From Gammaproteobacteria bacterium (GTDB lineage Bacteria; Pseudomonadota; Gammaproteobacteria; UBA4575), in assembly GCA_965227695.1 (NCBI GenBank), contig OZ245760.1, positions 385,861 through 449,860 on the forward strand: a stretch of 64,000 bases of DNA. Direction: 5' to 3'. The notes beneath the pieces are model-generated. The model was not told the origin of the DNA and did no database searches. It was given only the letters and a program-made list of their open reading frames with translations. How positions within the stretch are numbered: the first letter of the stretch is position 1; each line of letters starts with the position of its first letter. The position numbers and the translations under genes were made by a program. Positions 20,064 through 29,914 of the stretch are shown piece after piece.

Positions 20064-20904
20064 ACGCCAGACCATGATGCTGAAGCGATTATTAGAGCCT
20101 TTGTCGATTCGTGTCCTGACAGTCGTCACACTGCTGAGTGTGACGACTGCTGCGTCGGCAGAAGAGTCATTATTCAGCCATGAGACGTACAAGGTAGCGA
20201 TTATCATTGACGATTTGGGCAATAATTATGAAAAGGGGCGAATGCTGATTGATCTTCCCTATCAACTCACTTATTCCTTTTTACCCAATCGCCCTTTTTC
20301 CAGGCGTCTTGCAAACCGGGCAGCTTCTTATGGAAAAGAGGTGATGGTGCATTTGCCTATGCAGTCTGCACGTCAGACAGTGCTGGGAGCCGGGGGGCTA
20401 ACGCTGGAACTGACCCAGAAACAGTTCCACCACTCTGTTCATCACAGTATTGATTCTGTGCCACATGCGCGCGGCGTCAATAATCATATGGGCAGCTTGT
20501 TAACACAGCATCCGGGCCATATGTCATGGTTAATGGAGGTGCTGTCCAGCCGTAAAAGCGATCTCTATTTTGTAGATAGCAAAACCACGGCACAAACAGT
20601 TGCGAGTAAAATTGCCGGGGAACATTTCATTCCCAATATCACCAGAGACGTGTTCCTCGATAATAGTCGCGATGAACGAGAAATCCGTCGCCAGCTTAAA
20701 AGTCTGAAAAGAATTGCTAAACGGAAGGGCTATGCGGTGGCTATTGGGCATCCCTATCTGACTACTATTGAACTACTAACAGATTATCTACCTACCCTGC
20801 TCGAACATAATATCGAAGTTGTACCTGTGACCACCCTCATCAAGCTGAGGGCCCAGAAACAGCAATGGGTGAATCTTTCCCCTGAATATATTTCAAAGCG
20901 TTAA
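20056..20904 (+). CDS. divergent polysaccharide deacetylase family protein (YibQ-like)
   Basis: Contains VAIIIDDLGNN...LTYSFLP...VMVHLPMQ...GVNNHMGS...AIGHPY motifs. The start was chosen at the in-frame ATG 20056 (MPKRQ...), which overlaps the ctpA stop by 8 nt. The tracked ORF begins at 20005 inside ctpA. Confidence 0.8.
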   Translation: MPKRQTMMLKRLLEPLSIRVLTVVTLLSVTTAASAEESLFSHETYKVAIIIDDLGNNYEKGRMLIDLPYQLTYSFLPNRPFSRRLANRAASYGKEVMVHLPMQSARQTVLGAGGLTLELTQKQFHHSVHHSIDSVPHARGVNNHMGSLLTQHPGHMSWLMEVLSSRKSDLYFVDSKTTAQTVASKIAGEHFIPNITRDVFLDNSRDEREIRRQLKSLKRIAKRKGYAVAIGHPYLTTIELLTDYLPTLLEHNIEVVPVTTLIKLRAQKQQWVNLSPEYISKR

Positions 20905-21160
20905 ACCTCAACGTTATGGTCTCGCCCACAAAACGCACGAATATTATTTGCGTTAATACCCTGACCATATTGAGGTTAAAAAGAGCTTAATGCTCAAAAT
21001 TCACAAACTACCATGATGATGAAATACTTTTTTAAAGTAAATCATTCACATGATGGCGAGCAAAGCGACGTCAAATAGGTCTTTTCTCGTTCGCACAATC
21101 CTCTATACTTTAAAAAACTACACGGCGTTAATTGGTTACGTGACTGACCATTATTATTTG

Positions 21161-21754
21161 ATGAAAAGGGCGATGACGGGACAACAGTTCTTCACCGGTT
21201 TTACAATTATAGAACTTATGTTGACCATTGCGGTGATAGCGGTCCTTCTGACTCTTGGGGTTCCGGCTTTTCAGGACCTGATGGAGAGAAATCAACTGAC
21301 CTCGAATATAAACCGCTTTATCTCCTCGCTCGCGCTCGCACGCAGTGAAGCAATTAAACGTAACCAACGGGTCGTTGTGTGTCCAAGTGCCAACGGAACA
21401 TTGTGCAATGAGGTTGGTGGTTACGATAGCGGCTGGATAATCTTTATCGATGCGAACAATAATGATCGTCGAGAAGTCGCTAGCGAAGAACTGCTTTGGA
21501 AGGGGGAACAGGTCCCTGCCAATATGACATTAAGAGGAACCAGTACCTACAATATGGCCATACCCTATACACCATCAGGAAGGCTCGCCTCCAGTGCGCC
21601 TGTCAATGGCAGTGTGCGTTTATGTCTGGGCAACCAGACGGATAAAGCCCGTATGATAACTATCATCCAATCCGGGAGAGTGCGTCTGGTGAATAATAAT
21701 TCTGCCGGCGTACCACAAAATGGCTCCATCGAAATGGCGAATTGTGCAACATGA
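21161..21754 (+). CDS. fimT: type IV pilus minor pilin, GspH/FimT/FimU family
   Basis: Class III signal ...QQFFTG|FTIIELMLTIAVIAVLL with Glu+5, then a GspH-like body (LALARSEAIKRNQRVVVC). The tracked ORF (21050) has an implausible 37-aa leader. ATG 21161 and ATG 21173 are both plausible starts. Confidence 0.85.
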   Translation: MKRAMTGQQFFTGFTIIELMLTIAVIAVLLTLGVPAFQDLMERNQLTSNINRFISSLALARSEAIKRNQRVVVCPSANGTLCNEVGGYDSGWIIFIDANNNDRREVASEELLWKGEQVPANMTLRGTSTYNMAIPYTPSGRLASSAPVNGSVRLCLGNQTDKARMITIIQSGRVRLVNNNSAGVPQNGSIEMANCAT

Positions 21755-22260
21755 ATAAAACCATCAATCACAGTGCTGGCTTTAGTTTATTTGAGGTGCT
21801 CATAGCACTTGTGGTGTTATCAGTAGGGTTATTGGGGTTGGCAAGCCTGCAGGGCCAGAGCATCTCCAGTAGCTATAATGCCCATTTAAGAACCCAGGCA
21901 ACCTCACTTGCCCAAAGCATGGTGGATAGAATGCGCGCCAACCGTGAATACGCCATGCTGAGTACAAATCATTACCATACAGAATTCAGCACGCCACCCC
22001 CTGCGGTAAGCGTTGATTGTAACAATGCCATCTGCAGTCAGGCCAACATGGCATTATTTGATATGAAGGAATGGAAGTGTCGTCTTGGCATGTTTGCCAG
22101 CGATAGTGCATGTGATGAGTTGGTGACTCAGGCCGCATTGCCTGGCGGGGAAGGACGAGTCTCAGTACCTGATGCGAATACGGGCCAGACCCGGGTTAGC
22201 GTACGCTGGCTCGATACCGAGGGCAGGCAGCATACGGTAACGATGTATACCAGCCTATGA
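21751..22260 (+). CDS. pilV: type IV pilus minor pilin / modification protein PilV
   Basis: MNKTINHSAG|FSLFEVLIALVVLSVGLLGLASLQ is the PilV N-terminal signature. The ATG overlaps the fimT TGA (ATGA). Confidence 0.88.
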   Translation: MNKTINHSAGFSLFEVLIALVVLSVGLLGLASLQGQSISSSYNAHLRTQATSLAQSMVDRMRANREYAMLSTNHYHTEFSTPPPAVSVDCNNAICSQANMALFDMKEWKCRLGMFASDSACDELVTQAALPGGEGRVSVPDANTGQTRVSVRWLDTEGRQHTVTMYTSL

Positions 22261-23318
22261 AACACTCAGACATAAAAACATATCAGTCAGGCGTGACGGT
22301 GGTCGAGCTGATGGTAGCGCTGGTGCTTAGCCTATTACTAACAGCGGGTGTTCTTCAGGTTTATCTTGGTTCAAAAACTACCTATCGAGTGACAGAGGGA
22401 TTATCCAGGCTACAGGAAAATACGCGTGCCGCGGCCGAAATACTGGCAAGAGATATTCGTATGGCAGGTTATATACCCTGTAGCCAACCACAAAATGCTG
22501 TTTCGATTGTCAATTCCAATGCATGGTGGTCACAGCTGTTTACTACCCCTATCATGGGTTATGAGGGCGATACGAGTACCAGCGCGCCGGCGACTAATCT
22601 GGTTGCCGAGGCCAAAATTGGTGCAGATGCCATGATGATTTTACGCGGTGGTGCCAAGGTTGCTGGCGTCAAATTGTTTGATTCCGGCAATAACCAGTTT
22701 GTGCTGCAACGCAATGTCGATCCCGGCTGGGTTGAGAATGGCAGTTTAATGGTGGCCTGTGACTCAACCAATGCGCGGTTATTTCAGGCCAGTACGGTAG
22801 ATGTAGATACAGTTAGCCTGGCTGATAGTAGCGCTGTCCCGGGCAATGATGTATCAATGAATCATACATTTGGTAATGATGCTCAGTTGGCGAATTACTC
22901 CGCTGTCATTTATTACATACGTGCATCATCAGCAGAGAGCGGTTATTCACTTTACAGAAGCTATCTGAATGTAAACAGTGCGGGGGATAATGCGCCCATT
23001 ACGGAGGAGCTGGCACAGGGAATTGAAAATATGCAATTACTTTACGGTTACGACAGCGATGGGGATGGTAATGCAGAACGTTATCTGAAAGCTGATGATG
23101 CGGTATTTAGCACGCTATCAAACTGGCAAAAAGTAACAGCTGTAAAAATAGGATTATTGTATGCCAGTGATAATGACCTGCGGGAAGGTGAGAGTCTCGA
23201 TGATAACATCTATATGGTGGCAAACACACCCATTGGTCTCGATACCTCGGTCACACATGCGCATGATCGCCGCAAGCGCTATGTCGCTTCAATGACAGTC
23301 AGTCTGAGAAATCTGTAA
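22257..23318 (+). CDS. pilW: type IV pilus minor pilin PilW
   Basis: ...YQSG|VTVVELMVALVLSLLLTAGVLQVY, with the PilW-type length (353 aa) and operon position. It overlaps pilV with ATGA. Confidence 0.85.
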   Translation: MKHSDIKTYQSGVTVVELMVALVLSLLLTAGVLQVYLGSKTTYRVTEGLSRLQENTRAAAEILARDIRMAGYIPCSQPQNAVSIVNSNAWWSQLFTTPIMGYEGDTSTSAPATNLVAEAKIGADAMMILRGGAKVAGVKLFDSGNNQFVLQRNVDPGWVENGSLMVACDSTNARLFQASTVDVDTVSLADSSAVPGNDVSMNHTFGNDAQLANYSAVIYYIRASSAESGYSLYRSYLNVNSAGDNAPITEELAQGIENMQLLYGYDSDGDGNAERYLKADDAVFSTLSNWQKVTAVKIGLLYASDNDLREGESLDDNIYMVANTPIGLDTSVTHAHDRRKRYVASMTVSLRNL

Positions 23319-23330
23319 ACAGGAATAATC

Positions 23331-23885
23331 ATGATTCATAAAGCCAGGCAACAAGGTGTCGTATTGGTAATAGGAATAATCATGCTGGCGGTGATGACTT
23401 TGCTGGTCGTTACCAGCATGCAGTCATCCGGATTACAAGAGCTGATGTCCGGCAATATCAACGACAAAGTGACCGCGTTTGAGGCCGCTGAGTCTGCAGT
23501 GCGTGCAGCTGAACAGTATCTTGATAGTGGTGTGTTGAACCTCGGTGCATTTGATAGTGACAAATCCGATGGATTATTGACAAATATGCACGATGATGTC
23601 TGGAACGAGATCGATTGGCTCAACGAGGCGGTTGAAGTAGAAAATGTCGTGGTGGTTGATGGGACAGGTGCAACTCAAGGCGGCGTTAAAACAAAACCAC
23701 GTTATGTCATACAACATATTGGTCCGGTTCTTTCTGATGCTGACAGGAAGCTCAATGTGGATAGTTCTTACAGTGCAAATGCGGGGAATGCAATGGTGCA
23801 AATGTTTAAAATCACTGCGCGTGGAACGGGTGGGTCAGATAGCTCACAAGTGATATTAGAAACGATGTATGGAGTCTCGAATTAA
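23331..23885 (+). CDS. pilX: type IV pilus minor pilin PilX
   Basis: MIHKARQQGVVLVIGIIMLAVMTLLVVTSMQSS is a PilX_N-type hydrophobic N-terminus lacking Glu5. The operon position also fits. Confidence 0.8.
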   Translation: MIHKARQQGVVLVIGIIMLAVMTLLVVTSMQSSGLQELMSGNINDKVTAFEAAESAVRAAEQYLDSGVLNLGAFDSDKSDGLLTNMHDDVWNEIDWLNEAVEVENVVVVDGTGATQGGVKTKPRYVIQHIGPVLSDADRKLNVDSSYSANAGNAMVQMFKITARGTGGSDSSQVILETMYGVSN

Positions 23886-26800
23886 CAATAAAATGTCTAT
23901 CAGGCGATTTTATGTGCAGAGTTGCAAAGTATGTGTCGCCTTAGTGTATGTCTGTGCAACATTCAGTCAAGCAGTGTTTGCCCTGCAGCCAATTAATGAT
24001 ATTGCCCAGAGTCCGCTGCAGTTAACGCCGACTGTTGAAACCAATATCATGATATTGTTTGATGATTCAGGCAGTATGGACTTTGAAATAATGACTGCTG
24101 ACGCATTGAGTTCCGGATTATTTTTTGCCCCACACCCTGATGGCCGTCAATACGGTTCTTCTGAAGAGGGCCTGCAGATAAAACAACGTGAGGGGTGCGA
24201 GCTGGTGACTGCGGCCTTCGGCGGTTATGCCTATGCTGCCCGAACATCTTTAAATAAATATGTCCCTGACGTAACCCTTGGTAGTGATAAAAAGCATTGT
24301 TACGTTGCCCACGAGCAGGCATGGAGATTTCGTTGCTCAAGTTTTAATAGTCTTTACTATGATCCTGAACAAACTTATTTACCCTGGCCAGGTTTGCGCA
24401 GTGATGGTTCTGCGTTTATGCAGGTAAATATCAGTGCGGCGCCTGTAGACCCTTATCAGGCAGATTCTGAAACAGTTAATATTGAATCCCCGGATCCTGC
24501 GTTAACCGGGATAAACAACTTTCGCTATTACACGTGCAGTCTCGATGAAAATAATAATTTTAAGCAGGATAGCGAAGTAATAATAGGTGTTGATACACCC
24601 GCGCAAATAAAACAGAACTTTGCAAACTGGTTTAGTTATTATCGCAGTCGCCATCTTCGTGCTAAAGGTCTGCTTGGAAACTTTATTGCCAGTCAAAACA
24701 GGACACAAATTGGATTGACGCAACTCAACCAGGCTGTTCCATCGCTTGAAATTCAGGCGATGAATGATAGTCTGGAGGATCAGGGTGCCAAGCGAAATCT
24801 GCTGGAGGCGCTGTATTCTTTGGGGCCAGATGAAATGACCGGCTCCAGAATTGACAACCTCTATCTGGAAACAGCCCGGTACCTCGGATGCCAGAGCAGC
24901 AATATATTCCCACAGGGAGCAGATTGTCCTGCTGAAGCCTCACCGGCAGGTACCTGTCAACCCAATCATATAATTTTTGCCACTGATGGTTTTCAGGACG
25001 GTTTTTTATTTTCATTTGATACTATCCTGGATGAAGACAGTGGTACATCAAATAAATTTACTGGTGAGCCATTTTCAGATGCACCGTCCACCGGAATTTA
25101 TCCTCTGGACATCAGCAGGATAAGGACGCTCTCTGATGTGACTGTAAAGAGTTATAAAGAAGACTTACAACCGTCAGTACCGAATGAAGTGCAGCCCACC
25201 GAGGCAGATATCAATCGTTATCCATACCGAAATAGTACCACTCTTGCAGCGGATGATAGATTACATCAACATATAAAATCTCATGCCGTGACTTATGATG
25301 TAGCGTTGCCGGAGAATGAAGCACTGCTTCTCAATTTTCCATCTAATACAGCATTAAATAGCCAGCTACCGTTTAAATGGCTGAACCCGCTGGAATCAGA
25401 TATTGGCTTACTGCAAAATCTTGTCCATGCCGTTTTCAGCGCAAGAGGTGAGATGATCAGTGCTACTGCAGCCTCAGACGAATCAAATAATGGCGTCCAA
25501 ACCTTAACAGGACTTGTTGCTCAAGGGTTGGGCTCGACAACTCCTGTGGCGATTAACACGCAGGGGACAAGTTCAGATCTGACTATTTACAGAACATTTT
25601 ATGATTCGACGAGCCGCTCTGGCGACCTGACAGCGCAGAAAATTGAAATTAATAACGACGGTAACTTAAACATTGAAAGTAATGTTGTAAATTTCGCATG
25701 GAGCGCGGCAAAACAATTAGATGCTCTGGTTGGCGTTAATGGCTCCAGCCATTTACAAAGAAATGTCATAACATATTCCGGCATTGCCAACGACGGGATA
25801 TCTTTTGAGTATGACCAGTTGGACCCGCTCCAGCAAGACCAGTTACGCGTACCTGTGCCATCTTCTCTCGACCTGGCCCGGCAGCGACTTGAATATCTGA
25901 GAGGATCCACTGTTAATGAAGGGACGAGCTTTGATGCAGGGCAATTTAGAATTCGTCCAGAGACAGACAGTACCGGTGGTGGCGTTGTCCATAACGCAAA
26001 GCTTGGTACTATCGCAAATGCAGCACCGGTGTTTGTGGGTCGCCCACGTGCTGCAGGTCGCTTTGGTGGAGCCTGGCCTGATACAGATGGAGAAACTTAT
26101 TTTGACTTCCAAACCAGTCCGAACATATTAAACAGGGATGCTTCGATCGTTGTCGCAGCCAATGATGGAATGTTTCATGTGTTTGATGCTGAAACAGGCA
26201 ACGAAAAGTTTGCTTATGTTCCAGCATTGGTTTACGACCACCTTTCCGCGCTGACCTTCCCGGAATACAAGCCTCGCTTCTTTGTGGATAGCACACCAGT
26301 AGTAGAAGATGTGTATATCAGAGCAAATGGAACCGGCCCGCGAAGCTGGAATACGATTGTCATTGGTGGTCTTGGAGCAGGCGGACGAGGCTATTATGCT
26401 TTGGATATTACAGATCCAGATCCTTATGATGATCCGGCACAGCAGGTATTATGGGAATTCGCACCAGAGGATGATCCCGACGCATACATCGATACCGCAG
26501 GTATTGTCAGGAGTGATCTTGGGCTTTCTTTTTCTGAGCCAGTGATTGCAATGAGTAATGCGACGGATAACGGTGAACAACGGTGGGTGGCGGTATTTGG
26601 TAATGGTTACAATAATACCGGCATTGATGGGAAAGCCGTAATTTACATGTTATTTATTGACAGGGGGATTGATGGAGAATGGGCTAGCAGTGATTTAGTA
26701 AAAATTGACCTGGGTGAGGATGGAATTGTAAATCCAAATGGTATCGCAGATGTGAGAGCGATAGACCGGGATAGCAACGGTACTATTGACCAGCTCTATG

Positions 26801-27639
26801 CAGGTGATCTGTTTGGTAATCTGCATGCCGTTGATATCAGCAGTTCCAATCCGGGCGACTGGAACTCTGCCAGTAACCATTATATTTTATTTGAAGCCAG
26901 ATATTCACAGACCAATCAACGTCAGCCCATTACAACACGTCCTATTGTTGTAAATAATGAAGGTGGAACAACAGATGATGTAATTGTTGTATTTGCAACG
27001 GGCAGCTATTTTACATACAGCGATGCCATTAATACGGAAATTCAATCAATATACGGTGTGGTGGATAATTTCTCGGGGAATCAGGTCAGTGCAGTTGACT
27101 TGACGGAGCAGACATTATCAAATTTACAATTTGTTGATACCGTAAATAACAACCCTCTCGATGTAAGAATTCTCAGTTCCAATCCGTCTACAGTGACAAG
27201 CAAGGGCTGGTATATTGATTTTGATGTGGCCCCGGCGACAGGGAGCGGTGTTGAATTTCCCGGCGAAAAAGCCGTGCGGGAAATACAACTGCGCAGTGGA
27301 ATATTATTTGTAAATACAGTGATCCCGCAACAATTAAATTGTGGTCCGGCGCCGGGCGGGTTTTCTCTGGCGCTTAATCCTCAAACCGGGACTGCAGGTG
27401 AAGAAGTTATTTTTGATATAAATAATGATAATGTCTTCGACTCAGACGACAATATCGATGTTGCTACTGAATCAAAAGTAATTGCCGGCATCAGATTCAA
27501 GTCGACTCCCTCCGACTCTACTTTCTTTGGTGATTACCGAATAACGCAACTATCCAACACCGATATCGATGCAATACTGACAAACACGGCGCAAACACAG
27601 TTAGTTGGACGACAGGCGTGGCGCGAGGTAGAGTTTTAA
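23869..27639 (+). CDS. pilY1: type IV pilus tip adhesin / biogenesis factor PilY1, with N-terminal vWA-like region
   Basis: 1256 aa. Has a signal peptide, a DDSGSMD (DxSxS MIDAS-like) motif at 24061-24081, and a C-terminal PilY1 propeller-like region with the loop DRDSNGTID (26764-26790). An alternative start is ATG 23893. Confidence 0.88.
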   Translation: MESRINNKMSIRRFYVQSCKVCVALVYVCATFSQAVFALQPINDIAQSPLQLTPTVETNIMILFDDSGSMDFEIMTADALSSGLFFAPHPDGRQYGSSEEGLQIKQREGCELVTAAFGGYAYAARTSLNKYVPDVTLGSDKKHCYVAHEQAWRFRCSSFNSLYYDPEQTYLPWPGLRSDGSAFMQVNISAAPVDPYQADSETVNIESPDPALTGINNFRYYTCSLDENNNFKQDSEVIIGVDTPAQIKQNFANWFSYYRSRHLRAKGLLGNFIASQNRTQIGLTQLNQAVPSLEIQAMNDSLEDQGAKRNLLEALYSLGPDEMTGSRIDNLYLETARYLGCQSSNIFPQGADCPAEASPAGTCQPNHIIFATDGFQDGFLFSFDTILDEDSGTSNKFTGEPFSDAPSTGIYPLDISRIRTLSDVTVKSYKEDLQPSVPNEVQPTEADINRYPYRNSTTLAADDRLHQHIKSHAVTYDVALPENEALLLNFPSNTALNSQLPFKWLNPLESDIGLLQNLVHAVFSARGEMISATAASDESNNGVQTLTGLVAQGLGSTTPVAINTQGTSSDLTIYRTFYDSTSRSGDLTAQKIEINNDGNLNIESNVVNFAWSAAKQLDALVGVNGSSHLQRNVITYSGIANDGISFEYDQLDPLQQDQLRVPVPSSLDLARQRLEYLRGSTVNEGTSFDAGQFRIRPETDSTGGGVVHNAKLGTIANAAPVFVGRPRAAGRFGGAWPDTDGETYFDFQTSPNILNRDASIVVAANDGMFHVFDAETGNEKFAYVPALVYDHLSALTFPEYKPRFFVDSTPVVEDVYIRANGTGPRSWNTIVIGGLGAGGRGYYALDITDPDPYDDPAQQVLWEFAPEDDPDAYIDTAGIVRSDLGLSFSEPVIAMSNATDNGEQRWVAVFGNGYNNTGIDGKAVIYMLFIDRGIDGEWASSDLVKIDLGEDGIVNPNGIADVRAIDRDSNGTIDQLYAGDLFGNLHAVDISSSNPGDWNSASNHYILFEARYSQTNQRQPITTRPIVVNNEGGTTDDVIVVFATGSYFTYSDAINTEIQSIYGVVDNFSGNQVSAVDLTEQTLSNLQFVDTVNNNPLDVRILSSNPSTVTSKGWYIDFDVAPATGSGVEFPGEKAVREIQLRSGILFVNTVIPQQLNCGPAPGGFSLALNPQTGTAGEEVIFDINNDNVFDSDDNIDVATESKVIAGIRFKSTPSDSTFFGDYRITQLSNTDIDAILTNTAQTQLVGRQAWREVEF

Positions 27640-28028
27640 TGATGAGAAATATTTTCTGCGTACTGGTGATTATGGGCATGGCAGGTAATTTGCCTGCTCA
27701 GGACTGTGAACTGACACAGCCTGATTTTCCGGTTTCAGCCTGCAGTTTTGTTGATTCAGGTGTGGTTCCGCAGCAATTGAGATTCGGCAGGTTAAACTTT
27801 GGCAGAATTGATTATGATCCTTTCTTGCGTCTCGGTGCCCAGGTTTACACGCTCGCTGAAAATGCAGTGATATATGATGCCAGGAATGGTGGCAATGAAT
27901 GTATTCCTTATGATGATACAATTTTTGATGAGACGGTCGCATTTGTATTAAATGGCGATAGCCTGAATGCCCCCCGTGTTATTGACAAGCTGTGGATTCT
28001 TGACTGCGATATCAACACTGTTCGATAA
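27639..28028 (+). CDS. small secreted Cys-containing protein in the PilY2 position (unknown function)
   Basis: The ATG overlaps the pilY1 TAA (TAATG). It has the signal peptide MMRNIFCVLVIMGMAGNLPA and 4 Cys in the ~108-aa mature part. I recognise no family. Confidence 0.6.
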   Translation: MMRNIFCVLVIMGMAGNLPAQDCELTQPDFPVSACSFVDSGVVPQQLRFGRLNFGRIDYDPFLRLGAQVYTLAENAVIYDARNGGNECIPYDDTIFDETVAFVLNGDSLNAPRVIDKLWILDCDINTVR

Positions 28029-28039
28029 GCAGATTAGTC

Positions 28040-28459
28040 ATGAGAATTTTGAATACTAAAAGTGCCGGATTCACATTGGTTGAACTGTTGATTGTAGTGT
28101 CAATAGTCGCAATTCTTGTAGTCATTGCCTATCCTTCATATCAAAGCCATATAGAAAAGACACGCTATGCAGACGCAAAGGTTAAATTACTGGAAATCAT
28201 GCAGCAACAACGCAAGTATTTCACTGATAATAATACCTATACAAGTGATTTGATCAACGATCTGGGTTACTCAAATGCAGGTGGAGGAAAGGTTGCTACA
28301 GATAGCGACTTTTATCTTATACAGGCCGAGTCTTGTGGTGAAGGGGTTCCGCTAGCTCAATGTATTCAGCTCAAAGCGATTGCAAATTTTGGAGATGGGA
28401 CAGAGACACTGACCTATAATACACGCAATGAAAAAACCGGTCCGGACTACGCATGGTAG
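28040..28459 (+). CDS. pilE: type IV minor pilin PilE
   Basis: MRILNTKSAG|FTLVELLIVVSIVAILVVIAYPSYQSHIEKTRYADAK is the canonical T4a pilin N-terminus. Last gene of the operon. Confidence 0.9.
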   Translation: MRILNTKSAGFTLVELLIVVSIVAILVVIAYPSYQSHIEKTRYADAKVKLLEIMQQQRKYFTDNNTYTSDLINDLGYSNAGGGKVATDSDFYLIQAESCGEGVPLAQCIQLKAIANFGDGTETLTYNTRNEKTGPDYAW

Positions 28460-28461
28460 TT

Positions 28462-29412
28462 TTATTTGGGAATTCGTAACTCTTTTGGCACGGCAAAAGT
28501 GATGTTCTCTTCCGCTCCTTCAATTTCACTGACTTGCGCATTTGTGATAGTGCCCAGTTTTTCTACAACCTGTCTGACCAGTATCTCTGGTGCTGAGGCT
28601 CCTGCAGTAACACCAATCGAAGCTTTGTTATTCAGCCAGCTATGATCAATCTGGCTGGCATCGTCAATCAAGTAGGATTCGATACCATTCTTTTCAGCGA
28701 TTTCTCTCAGGCGATTTGAATTGGAACTGGTAGTTGATCCGATGACGAGTAACATGTCACACTGGTTAACAAGGTTCTTGACTGCGTCCTGACGGTTTTG
28801 TGTGGCATAACAGATGTCATCGCGTTTAGGCGACCCAATGGCAGGAAAGCGTTGTTTAAGTTTCTCAATAATTTCTTTGGTATCGTCAACTGATAACGTG
28901 GTTTGTGTCACATAGGAAATATCCTCCGGATGTTCAACATTAATATTGTCGACATCCTTGGGCGATTCCACCAGAAATATTTTACCGCCTTTTTCGCCTG
29001 TAAACTGACCCATGGTACCTTCTACTTCAGGATGTCCTTTGTGGCCGATGAGTATCGTGTCACGACCCAGCTTGCAGTTGCGTATTACTTCTATATGCAC
29101 CTTTGTAACCAGTGGGCAGGTTGCATCAAATACAGTTAACTGCCGTTTCTCAGCCTCCTGCCGAACAGCTTTGGAAACACCATGAGCGCTGAATATAACG
29201 GTAGAATGATCAGGCACCTCGTCCAGTTCATCGACAAAAACGGCACCTTTTTGGCGTAACGTATCAACAACAAACCGGTTATGAACTACCTCGTGACGCA
29301 CGTATATTGGTGCACCAAAATTATCCAGTGCACGTTCAACGATTTCTATGGCCCGGTCAACGCCTGCACAAAAGCCACGAGGGTTAGCAAGTTTGATGCT
29401 AATTGATTTCAT
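28462..29412 (-). CDS. ispH: 4-hydroxy-3-methylbut-2-enyl diphosphate reductase
   Basis: Contains [38 protein letters not shown] and SSNSNRL motifs. The start was chosen at MKSISIK (Met16 of the tracked ORF). Confidence 0.95.
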   Translation of the reverse strand: MKSISIKLANPRGFCAGVDRAIEIVERALDNFGAPIYVRHEVVHNRFVVDTLRQKGAVFVDELDEVPDHSTVIFSAHGVSKAVRQEAEKRQLTVFDATCPLVTKVHIEVIRNCKLGRDTILIGHKGHPEVEGTMGQFTGEKGGKIFLVESPKDVDNINVEHPEDISYVTQTTLSVDDTKEIIEKLKQRFPAIGSPKRDDICYATQNRQDAVKNLVNQCDMLLVIGSTTSSNSNRLREIAEKNGIESYLIDDASQIDHSWLNNKASIGVTAGASAPEILVRQVVEKLGTITNAQVSEIEGAEENITFAVPKELRIPK

Positions 29413-29914
29413 TGGGTGAGCTCTCACGAAAAATTTGTGTTGCCATGAAGATAGCACCTATTGTGATGAAGATATCTGCAAAATTGAATGTAGGCCAGTG
29501 ACAGCCACTATTTGGGAGGTAAAAGAAGAAATAAAAGCAGCTGTCTGATACATAATAAAAATCAATAAAGTCAGTAACCTTTCCAAACAAAGCGCGATCT
29601 AACAGGTTCCCTATTGCACCGCTTATAATTAAACAAAGGGAAATGCCCATTAAAAACTCGGTGCTTTTTAAATTCCGCAGCCAGTTAAAAAGGTAGATAC
29701 AAACAGCAATCGCCAGTAATACAAAAAACCAGCGCTGCCAGCCTCCAGCCTGGCTAAGGAAGCTAAAAGCGGCTCCCTCATTATAAACCAGCCTTAAATT
29801 CAACATGGGTATGATGGGGACGAATTCTGCGAAGTTCAGATTTGCCTCTGCGATTCGCTTGGAGACCTGGTCAATAACCGTTAAAAAACCAATTATTATT
29901 ATCCAGTTACGCAT
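29399..29914 (-). CDS. lspA: lipoprotein signal peptidase (signal peptidase II)
   Basis: 171 aa with four TM segments, plus [11 protein letters not shown] and [12 protein letters not shown] (the catalytic Asp motifs). Confidence 0.93.
   Translation of the reverse strand: MRNWIIIIGFLTVIDQVSKRIAEANLNFAEFVPIIPMLNLRLVYNEGAAFSFLSQAGGWQRWFFVLLAIAVCIYLFNWLRNLKSTEFLMGISLCLIISGAIGNLLDRALFGKVTDFIDFYYVSDSCFYFFFYLPNSGCHWPTFNFADIFITIGAIFMATQIFRESSPNEIN

Noticed and set aside
21087-21095. TCGTTCGCA upstream of fimT, resembling the AlgR site CCGTTCGTC known from the Pseudomonas fimU promoter
   Set aside because: Only 6/9 positions match, from a consensus I remember rather than can check, and there is no second site. 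This is too weak to call.
21050-21160. Long 5' extensions of tracked ORFs: fimT 21050, cysS 39810, phoB 53051, pstS 55195, ispH 29457, pyrD 14397, yibQ 20005, grxC 16572
   Set aside because: In each case the extension adds non-homologous residues, overlaps the upstream gene or lacks a Shine-Dalgarno. An internal start reproduces the family-typical N-terminus.
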